NCBI GenBank assembly: GCA_009922405.1
Contig: RFVZ01000001.1
Coordinates: 1 to 32,475 of the forward strand
Origin: Betaproteobacteria bacterium
Lineage (GTDB): Bacteria > Pseudomonadota > Gammaproteobacteria > Burkholderiales > Burkholderiaceae_E
Direction: 5' to 3'
Length of the DNA stretch: 32,475 bases
Made by a program: the position numbers and the translations under genes. The notes under the pieces were generated by a model, which was given only the letters and a program-made list of their open reading frames with translations, searched no databases and was not told the origin of the DNA. Of this stretch, positions 24,393 through 31,134 are shown piece by piece. How positions within the stretch are numbered: the stretch's first letter is position 1; each line of letters begins with the position of its first letter.

Positions 24393-25796
24393 ATGCAGTT
24401 CAGTCGCAAAGCCCTTGTTCGCCTCCAACCCAACCGCGCCGACCCCATCGGCTTTCTGAAGCAACTGCTTGATCCACTGATTGCGGTTGGGGTGCTGTTT
24501 CTGATCTATGAATTATTTGAAATAAAAGTACGATCAATCGACGGCATCCTTGCAGCGTTGGCGTTTTCGCTCGGCTGGCCGGGCCAAATCCCGTTCCGGC
24601 GTGTTCAGCCGGGGCTTCTTCGCGAGGTCATCCTGCGTTGGGTCACGACCGTTGCGCTGTTAACCCTGATCGGCCTTGTCACTCGCACGACGGACAATTT
24701 TCAACCCCAGGTCCTACATGCCTGGTTCATCGCCACCCCACTGCTCCAGTATGGTTTCCACCGGCTTTCGCCATTCATCGTCGCGCGAACACCTTTGAGT
24801 GGCCGTCAAGCGTCCTGCGTCATCGTAGGTGCGGGCCCCTTGGGCCGCGAACTGGCCCGGGCCATTTCCTTAGATCCCTTCGAAATCGTTCGGATTGCAG
24901 CCTATTTTGATGACCGTAACAACGAGCGTTTGGGCTGCCAGGATGAAGAAGACGGAACTGTCACGCCCTTCGGTCGTCTGTCCGATGTCGCGCGATATGT
25001 CCAGGACCATCAAATTCAACGGATCTACATCGCTCTTCCCATGGCCTCGCAGCCCCGAATCCTGGCTCTTCTGGATGCGCTGCGAGATACAACTGCCTCG
25101 ATCTATTTTGCACCCGACATTTTTGTCCATGATCTGATTCAGGCACGGGTTGAAACGATCGGTGGCATGCCCGTCGTGGCGGTATGCGAGTCCCCGTTCT
25201 TTGGCCCGGAAGCCTTCGTCAAGCGATTCTCCGACATCGTTCTGGCAGTGATTGCGATCGCACTGACGACCCCCATCATGCTGGGTGTCGCCATCGCGGT
25301 TGCGACTACTTCACCCGGACCCATTCTCTTCCGTCAGCGCAGGTACGGGCTGGATGGTCGCGAAATTGAAGTCTGGAAATTTCGCTCCATGCGCACGCAG
25401 GACGACGGCGCCGTGATCCGTCAGGCTACCCGGGAGGACGCTCGAATTACCAATGTCGGTCGATGGATTCGAAAGACCTCGCTCGATGAACTCCCGCAAT
25501 TTTTTAACGTCCTGCAGGGACGCATGAGCGTCGTCGGCCCCCGACCGCATGCCGTTGCGCACAACGAGATGTTCCGGTCTCTGATCAAAGGCTATATGGT
25601 CCGACACAAGGTCAAGCCAGGCATTACCGGGTGGGCGCAGGTCAATGGTGCGCGCGGTGAAACGGCAACGGTGGACGCCATGAGCCGTCGGATCGACCTG
25701 GACCTTGCCTATCTGCGCAACTGGTCACTCAATCTGGATCTGCAGATTTTGTGGGGAACGGTGCGCCTGATGGTGCGGGATCCGAATGCGTATTGA
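24393..25796 (+). CDS. Undecaprenyl-phosphate hexose-1-phosphate transferase (WcaJ/EpsB-type initiating polyprenyl-phosphate glycosyl phosphotransferase)
   Basis: N-terminal TM helices, a central Rossmann-like domain (CVIVGAGPLGREL) and a C-terminal Bac_transf domain: 'KRFSDIVLAVIAIALTTPIML', 'GPILFRQRRYGLDGREIEVWKFRSM', 'DELPQFFNVLQGRMSVVGPRP', 'KPGITGWAQVNG' and 'DLAYLRNWSLNLDLQIL'. Confidence 0.9.
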   Translation: MQFSRKALVRLQPNRADPIGFLKQLLDPLIAVGVLFLIYELFEIKVRSIDGILAALAFSLGWPGQIPFRRVQPGLLREVILRWVTTVALLTLIGLVTRTTDNFQPQVLHAWFIATPLLQYGFHRLSPFIVARTPLSGRQASCVIVGAGPLGRELARAISLDPFEIVRIAAYFDDRNNERLGCQDEEDGTVTPFGRLSDVARYVQDHQIQRIYIALPMASQPRILALLDALRDTTASIYFAPDIFVHDLIQARVETIGGMPVVAVCESPFFGPEAFVKRFSDIVLAVIAIALTTPIMLGVAIAVATTSPGPILFRQRRYGLDGREIEVWKFRSMRTQDDGAVIRQATREDARITNVGRWIRKTSLDELPQFFNVLQGRMSVVGPRPHAVAHNEMFRSLIKGYMVRHKVKPGITGWAQVNGARGETATVDAMSRRIDLDLAYLRNWSLNLDLQILWGTVRLMVRDPNAY

Positions 25797-26181
25797 TGGC
25801 AGGTGTTAGACCAATCGGCGGAGCACATCGTCGGGCGATCTGACTGCAAAGCAGAACTCCGAGACATGCGCCGATTGCGTCAGCCAGCAAATCGAGCCAT
25901 TCGGCGCTCCGCCCGGGGCTAAACCACTGGATCAATTCGTCCAGCATTCCCAGGAGCACAGCAATTCCCAACACGATAAGCAGCCGGCGGGCGCCTGCAG
26001 CAATCCACAAAAGGGTGCCGATCGACGCAAAAAGAACAACGTGCACAAGTTTGTCGATCGGCGGTCGAATCAGGTTGACCGCGTAGGATTGTTGTCCGTG
26101 ATACCAAAGATTGCCGAGCAACAGCGCGAGGCCGAGCGCCGCCGCGAGGCGCATTTTGGAGCTTGGATGGCCCAGGTTCAT
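25729..26181 (-). CDS. VanZ-like small membrane protein
   Basis: 150 aa with about 4 TM helices. 'DKLVHVVLFASIG' and 'LGMLDELIQWFSPGRSAEWLDLLADAIGACLG' match the VanZ family pattern (D-K-x-x-H ... DE..Q.....R......D...N/D..G). The ATG overlaps the upstream barrel gene's stop (ATGA). Confidence 0.7.
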   Translation of the reverse strand: MNLGHPSSKMRLAAALGLALLLGNLWYHGQQSYAVNLIRPPIDKLVHVVLFASIGTLLWIAAGARRLLIVLGIAVLLGMLDELIQWFSPGRSAEWLDLLADAIGACLGVLLCSQIARRCAPPIGLTPAINTHSDPAPSGAPFPTKSADPD

Positions 26182-27449
26182 AGGACCAATCGTAGCCCAA
26201 TCAAGAAGACCCTGACATCAAAGCGAAACGCCGCCAAATTGGAATGACGATGTTCGGATCGAAAGTCCGTGTCGAGAAACCAGTTCCGGGTGAATTCGTG
26301 GGTGAACTTGAGGCCGAACACATTGACTGCGTCGTTGCGGATCTCATTTGGATTGAGGCCGCCGGCAGAAACGTAGCCCAAGGCAGAGCCAGCGTCGCCT
26401 TTAAAGGATCGCAGCTGACGTTCAAGCACCACAACGGCCCGGTTCTTGGCATCAATTTCCCACGTTGGTGCCAGCGAGATCCTCTCGGTATCGGCGAAGG
26501 TCGAAGTTAACTGTTCAACGGAATAAAACTCTCGCGATATCGCGATGGGCAGAGAGAGCTTGACGGTTGGGCGCCAGGTGTATCGGAGCCTCAAGACAGG
26601 AGCACTGAAGTCACGCCCCTTCAGGTTTGGAAAACGTCGCTGCACCCATCCGATGGAACCTTCGCTGCGGCCTTGCCCGCCGTCATCAAACGCGCCCCGG
26701 AGCGTGAATTCATCCTGCGTGAAGGCGTTATCGGCCACCAAACCTGGAATCAAATCGCCGAAGAGATCAAATACAGCCCGCTTCGCGTACTCACCATCCA
26801 CACGGCGCCAACGCAGTTCGCTCTCGAGATCCGGAACAGGAACCCAGCGCAGGCCCGCATCGTACCCACGTTCAACCAGATCGGTTGAGGTACGGGAGGG
26901 GTCGGAGTTGTTGCGATCGACCCGATCCATCCCAAGGATGGCGGACCATGCTGGTGTCACTTTGATGCCCCCGGAAAAGCGCACTTGCGTACGGTCAATC
27001 ATGTTCAGAATGACCTTCGAACCGCTGAAGGGTCGGACCTCGGTGAATGGCGATAAAAACCGTTGGGCACCGGCTTCGAGGGTTCCGAACCAGGGCCTCC
27101 CAATGGCCCAATCCCAACGGGCATCGATCTGCGCGGCCTCATGATCGAACAAGGACAGGCGGTCGTAGCGAACCGCCTCGGCGCTGGCGCTGGCTCGAAT
27201 TCGCTGCAAACTCTGCGTATCGTCATACGCAATAAAGCCCCGCGTTCGCGAGTAACTGCTGGATCGATCACTGAGCGCTGCGGGTAACACGGTTTCGGCC
27301 GGCAAACGCATTAAATTGCTGTCGTAGCCCAGGGTCTGCAAGGCCTCGAACGTGAGTGGCCGACGTTCGAGGATCGGCTCCTGAGCGCAGGCGGCCGAAT
27401 GAAGCGACAGCAGGAACCAAGCGCCCGCGATTATTCGAGAAATTTTCAT
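26178..27449 (-). CDS. EpsL-like outer-membrane beta-barrel protein (putative beta-barrel porin-2 type)
   Basis: Signal peptide MKISRIIAGAWFLLSLHSAACA|QEP, the early motif 'LGYDSNLMRLP' (the YDSN-hydrophobic-x-R motif typical of EpsL/BBP2 proteins) and alternating amphipathic strands throughout. The start is taken at ATG 27449 (track uses TTG 27452). Confidence 0.6.
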   Translation of the reverse strand: MKISRIIAGAWFLLSLHSAACAQEPILERRPLTFEALQTLGYDSNLMRLPAETVLPAALSDRSSSYSRTRGFIAYDDTQSLQRIRASASAEAVRYDRLSLFDHEAAQIDARWDWAIGRPWFGTLEAGAQRFLSPFTEVRPFSGSKVILNMIDRTQVRFSGGIKVTPAWSAILGMDRVDRNNSDPSRTSTDLVERGYDAGLRWVPVPDLESELRWRRVDGEYAKRAVFDLFGDLIPGLVADNAFTQDEFTLRGAFDDGGQGRSEGSIGWVQRRFPNLKGRDFSAPVLRLRYTWRPTVKLSLPIAISREFYSVEQLTSTFADTERISLAPTWEIDAKNRAVVVLERQLRSFKGDAGSALGYVSAGGLNPNEIRNDAVNVFGLKFTHEFTRNWFLDTDFRSEHRHSNLAAFRFDVRVFLIGLRLVL

Positions 27450-27463
27450 CAACGACGCTCGGT

Positions 27464-27471
27464 GGGGGGGG
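27464..27471. repeat. G8/C8 homopolymer 15-22 nt upstream of the EpsL-like start codon
   Basis: Read directly: ...gctcggtGGGGGGGGtcaattg... The minus strand reads caattgaCCCCCCCCaccgagcgtcgttgATG, and a TAGAAT hexamer lies at 27484-27479 just upstream. Confidence 0.95.
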
Positions 27472-27572
27472 TCAATTGATTCTAGAGTCAGCGCCCTCTG
27501 GGGCGCGAATCACGCCCCCACCCACCCGTGCATCGGCCTCCAAGGCTGGCTCGCATTGGACTTAACCCGCCC

Positions 27573-28553
27573 TCAGCCGCGTGGGTGGTGAGCCCTGTGC
27601 AACTGCCGCAGGCGCTCGCGCGCGACGTGCGTATAGATCTGGGTCGTGGAAATGTCGGCATGACCCAACAGGAGTTGTACTACCCGCAGGTCGGCTCCAT
27701 GGTTCATTAAATGAGTGGCAAATGCATGGCGCAGCACATGCGGCGAGGGCAGACGGTTGATCCCGGCTTGTCGCGCATGTCGCCGAATCAGCCCCCAAAA
27801 ATGCTGTCGGGTCATTGGCTGATTGCGCACCGTCAGAAACACCGCGTCTACGGTTTGAGCTCCACATAAAACCGGTCTTGATTCACGCAAGTACTGCCGG
27901 ATTCGATCCAATGCCACTTCACCCAGGGGAACCATTCGCTCGCGGTTACCTTTTCCAATCACCCGGACTACGCCTTCGGCCAGGCCAATATCGATGGTGC
28001 GTAATCCGATCAACTCGGACACCCGCAACCCCGTTGCGTAGAGAGTCTCGAGCATCGCGCCGTCGCGCAGGCCAAGCGGGGTTCCCAGATCGGGTGCAGC
28101 AAGCAAGGCGTCGACCTGGGTTTCTGTCAGGGACTGCGGAAACCGCTCGGGCTGCTTGGCTGAACGAATCGAAATCGTGGGGTCTGCCTGAAGCTGCCCC
28201 AGCCGAACCAAGTGGCGATAAAACCGCCGAAACACGGTTAATCGGCGGTTGGCCGATGTGGCTTTGCCGTGCCCCGCGCGCGCTGCCAGATAAGCCAGTA
28301 ATCCGGATTCATCGAGTTGGGCCAGCCCACATGCGCGATGTTCGCCAAGCCAGGACGACAAAAGGTTCAGGTCGCGGGCATAAGCCGAGGTCGACGCACT
28401 GGACAGCCCATCTTCAAGCACCAAGGCGTCAACAAAGGCATCGATCAACGGCTGATCGATCTGCTGCGCACGGGCGGCAGGCGTTCGCGTTGAAGGTCGC
28501 GCTGAAGGTCGCGCTGAAGGTCGCAACGAGGGTCGCTTTGAATCGGAGGGCAT
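27573..28553 (-). CDS. xerD: Site-specific tyrosine recombinase XerD
   Basis: 'LIDAFVDALVLEDGLS', 'LLETLYATGLRVSELIGL', 'VIGKGNRERMVPLG' and 'SPHVLRHAFATHLMNHGADLRVVQLLLGHADISTTQIYTHVARERLRQLHRAHHPRG'. The C-terminus is nearly identical by eye to E. coli XerD. An N-terminal extension of about 25 aa contains the RPSx repeats. Confidence 0.9.
   Translation of the reverse strand: MPSDSKRPSLRPSARPSARPSTRTPAARAQQIDQPLIDAFVDALVLEDGLSSASTSAYARDLNLLSSWLGEHRACGLAQLDESGLLAYLAARAGHGKATSANRRLTVFRRFYRHLVRLGQLQADPTISIRSAKQPERFPQSLTETQVDALLAAPDLGTPLGLRDGAMLETLYATGLRVSELIGLRTIDIGLAEGVVRVIGKGNRERMVPLGEVALDRIRQYLRESRPVLCGAQTVDAVFLTVRNQPMTRQHFWGLIRRHARQAGINRLPSPHVLRHAFATHLMNHGADLRVVQLLLGHADISTTQIYTHVARERLRQLHRAHHPRG
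28480..28539. repeat. 12-bp tandem repeat: four clear units (gaaggtcgcgct x2, gaaggtcgcaac, gagggtcgcttt) and one degenerate unit
   Basis: Read directly. It encodes (RPSx)n in the xerD N-terminal extension: KRPSLRPSARPSARPSTR. Confidence 0.9.
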
Positions 28554-28637
28554 GATTGGAGCTCCGAATAACGGTAAACCTCAGTTTAACGAGATTGGGT
28601 GTATCGACCGCTCAGTGGACGTTACACTGCCGCCTGC

Positions 28638-29555
28638 ATGTCGACCGCGCTCCTCTTGTTCCCTGATCTTGCCTTGATCCTCATTGGTTGCCTGTTGAGG
28701 CGGCTATCGGGGCCCGGGCTGCCCTTGGGTGTCAGCTTTAGCGCAGAGGTCTGGCCGGGTATTGAACGACTGGTGTATTTCGTTCTGTTTCCAGCCCTGC
28801 TCTTCTCGGCAAGCCTGCGCAGCCGCCTGGATTCCAGCTCGACCCTCCCCATGCTTTGGGTCTCGATCGGTGTTGTGCTGATTGCCCTCGTTGCTGTCTG
28901 GCTTGCGCGCTGGATCCTGAAGCCAGACGCCCGCGATTTCGCGTCTCTACAGCAATGCGCGTTTCGTTTCAACACCTATATCGGCCTGGCGCTTGCGCAG
29001 CGACTCAGTGGCGATGCGGGGGTAGCGCAACTCGCGATCATCGTGGCATTCGCGGTACCCCTTTGCAATGCCCTCGCCGTGTTGCCGCTGGCCTCGCATT
29101 CGGGCGGAAACCTATTCGTGCAACTCCTGCGCAACCCCCTTTTGGTCGCCACCGGTGCAGGGCTAATCGGCAGCACGCTCGGTATCGAGTTACCAGAACC
29201 GGTGATGGCTCTGCTTAACCGAATGGGGCAAGCGGCAGTCGCGCTCGGTTTGCTATCCGTCGGGGCCGGCCTGAATGTGAGCGGGGTCGCGGGTTCCCGG
29301 TGGCTGGTTGGGGTCGTCACGGTGATCAAAGTGGTTCTGGTACCGGCCTGCGCACTGTGGTTTGGGACGCTGGTTGGGTTACAAGCCGATATGCTCGCGA
29401 CCGTCGTCCTGTTCGCTGCGCTTCCGACAGCGTCGAGCGCTTATATTCTCGCGATTCAGATGGGCGGTAATGGTCCACTGGTCGCGGCGGCGATCACGGT
29501 CTCGACCCTGAGCGCCATGATCACTTTGCCAGTGTGGCTTTCACTGGTGCGATAG
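28638..29555 (+). CDS. AEC (auxin efflux carrier) family transporter
   Basis: About 10 TM helices. The N-terminus MSTALLLFPDLALILIGCLLRR and the C-terminal 'LFAALPTASSAYILAIQMGGN' are typical of Mem_trans/AEC permeases. The start is set at ATG 28638 (track uses GTG 28599). Confidence 0.8.
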   Translation: MSTALLLFPDLALILIGCLLRRLSGPGLPLGVSFSAEVWPGIERLVYFVLFPALLFSASLRSRLDSSSTLPMLWVSIGVVLIALVAVWLARWILKPDARDFASLQQCAFRFNTYIGLALAQRLSGDAGVAQLAIIVAFAVPLCNALAVLPLASHSGGNLFVQLLRNPLLVATGAGLIGSTLGIELPEPVMALLNRMGQAAVALGLLSVGAGLNVSGVAGSRWLVGVVTVIKVVLVPACALWFGTLVGLQADMLATVVLFAALPTASSAYILAIQMGGNGPLVAAAITVSTLSAMITLPVWLSLVR

Positions 29556-30614
29556 CAGAGCCCAGGTGACGTGTTCACGCACGAGTTCTGATGGATCGTC
29601 GGCGCGACTGGCCAGGGCAGTTATCACCTCATCAGACTTGGACGCGTTCCCCAGAGCAACCGCGACATTGCGGAGCCAGCGCTCGTGCCCAATCCGACGA
29701 ATTGCGGTACCCGCCGTTCGGTCGTTGAAATCGCTCGGACCCCAGCGAAACAAGTCAATCAGCTGGGAGGTGTCTAAACCACCGGCACCTGCGGGGTCGA
29801 GTGGTCGGGGCTGCAGGTCTGGGATCTCGATGCGTCGGGCAAATTTATTCCAGGGACAGACCAGCTGACAATCATCGCAGCCGAAAATTCGGTTACCGAT
29901 CGGTCGCCGCAGATCCTCAGGGATCGAGCCCTTTAGTTCGATGGTCAAATACGAAACGCAGCGCCGGGCATCGAGGCGGTAGGGAGCGACGATGGCCTGA
30001 GTCGGACAGATGTCGAGGCACCGCGAGCAGGTGCCACAGTGCTCCTCGGTCGGCGCATCGACGGGTAATTCCAGATCAACGTAAAGCGTTCCGAGAAAGA
30101 ACGTGGAGCCGCGCTGCGGATGAATGAGCAAGGTGTTTTTTCCTCTCCAACCGAGGCCTGCGCGCTTGGCCAGTTCAACTTCCATAACGGGTGCTGAGTC
30201 GCAAAAGACCCGATACCCAAACGGACCAATTGCTTCGCCGATCTGATCGGCGAGCCGCTGCAAACGGCCTCGGACGACTTTGTGATAATCCCGCCCGAGC
30301 GCGTAACGGGCGACGTAGGCCCTTTCAGTTGCCTCAAGCGTGCGCCATGCCGATTCGATCCAATCAGGATCATCGGGGGCGTAATCGGCGCTCACCATCA
30401 CCGCACGGACAGTCCCTGGAACCAGTTCGGCGGGACGAGCGCGGCGCAACCCATGGCGCTCCATATAATCCATCGTGCCGTGCATCCCGGCATCAAGCCA
30501 GGCCAGCAGTCCGGGTTCGGCATCGCTAAGATCCACGTCAGCGACGCCGATGCTGGCAAACCCAGCAGCGCGTGCCCATTCCCTGATGGCCAGGCCCAAT
30601 TTCGAAAGGTCCAT
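29541..30614 (-). CDS. queG: tRNA epoxyqueuosine(34) reductase QueG
   Basis: Start at ATG 30614 (MDLSKLGLAIREWARAAGFASIGVADVDLS..) by alignment with E. coli QueG. 'VARYALGRDYHKV', 'GLGWRGKNTLLI', the 4Fe-4S motifs 'CGTCSRCLDICPTQAI' and 'FGCDDCQLVCPWN', and 'RRCVSYLTIE'. There is a 15-nt convergent overlap with the AEC gene. Confidence 0.9.
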   Translation of the reverse strand: MDLSKLGLAIREWARAAGFASIGVADVDLSDAEPGLLAWLDAGMHGTMDYMERHGLRRARPAELVPGTVRAVMVSADYAPDDPDWIESAWRTLEATERAYVARYALGRDYHKVVRGRLQRLADQIGEAIGPFGYRVFCDSAPVMEVELAKRAGLGWRGKNTLLIHPQRGSTFFLGTLYVDLELPVDAPTEEHCGTCSRCLDICPTQAIVAPYRLDARRCVSYLTIELKGSIPEDLRRPIGNRIFGCDDCQLVCPWNKFARRIEIPDLQPRPLDPAGAGGLDTSQLIDLFRWGPSDFNDRTAGTAIRRIGHERWLRNVAVALGNASKSDEVITALASRADDPSELVREHVTWALLSHQ

Positions 30615-30618
30615 ACCG

Positions 30619-31134
30619 ATGGATTCCCGGACAGTTTTTCTCGCCGAACCTGAGGATACGCGCCGCCTCGGCGCAACAATTACGCATGCAATCGAGCCAG
30701 GCTGGATTGTGACCTTGTTGGGCGGCCTGGGGGCAGGTAAGACCACCCTCGTCCAAGGATTGCTTGCGGAAATGGGCGAGCGTGGACGCGTGCGCAGTCC
30801 AACGTTTACGATCGTCGAAAGCTACAGCCCCGCGGGCATGGAGATCCACCATCTCGATCTCTATCGGTTTCAGGCGCCAACCGATTGGATCGATGCGGGG
30901 CTTGACGATTTGATCAACGGTCGATCGATCTTGCTGATCGAATGGCCCGAGCAGGGAGGAACATTTGTACCTGCGACTGACCTGAAGATTGAACTGGCAA
31001 TATGCGATGTTGGGCGGCTCGCCACGATAAGCGCATGCAGCCCGAGAGCTCAAAAAGGACTCGATTCGCTGGGAATGGCAGCAGAAAATTCGGCAAATTC
31101 AGCAAATGCGGCAAATCGGGATCCAGGCCCTTGA
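30619..31134 (+). CDS. tsaE: tRNA threonylcarbamoyladenosine biosynthesis ATPase TsaE
   Basis: Start at ATG 30619 (MDSRTVFLAEPEDTRRLG..). P-loop 'LLGGLGAGKTTLVQGL', 'VRSPTFTIVESY', 'HHLDLYR' and 'LLIEWPEQG'. The C-terminal tail of about 18 aa (..AENSANSANAANRDPGP) extends beyond the conserved core. Confidence 0.85.
   Translation: MDSRTVFLAEPEDTRRLGATITHAIEPGWIVTLLGGLGAGKTTLVQGLLAEMGERGRVRSPTFTIVESYSPAGMEIHHLDLYRFQAPTDWIDAGLDDLINGRSILLIEWPEQGGTFVPATDLKIELAICDVGRLATISACSPRAQKGLDSLGMAAENSANSANAANRDPGP
31083..31118. repeat. Four imperfect 9-bp tandem units (agaaaattc ggcaaattc agcaaatgc ggcaaatcg)
   Basis: Read directly. It encodes ENSANSANAAN in the tsaE tail. Confidence 0.8.

Noticed and set aside
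17709-27484. A shared CTAGAAT heptamer upstream of both plsY (17715-17709) and the EpsL-like gene (27485-27479), which might be a common promoter element.
   Set aside because: About two occurrences of such a 7-mer are expected by chance in 2 x 32 kb at this base composition, and neither copy has a convincing -35. They are kept only as low-confidence -10 candidates.
27573-28553. A tyrosine recombinase at the right edge of the EPS region, which might be an island integrase.
   Set aside because: The sequence is colinear with housekeeping XerD, including the nearly identical C-terminal catalytic block. No flanking tRNA, direct repeats or other mobility genes were seen.
2567-31131. The maximal ORF starts from the six-frame track: 2782 (ybiB), 2567 (tsaD), 7441 (GT26), 16106 (epsE-like), 21851 (wecB), 30746 (queG), 30475 (tsaE) and 31002 (amidase).
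   Set aside because: Alignment by eye to well-known homologues, SD placement and avoidance of large gene overlaps all favour the internal starts listed in the features.
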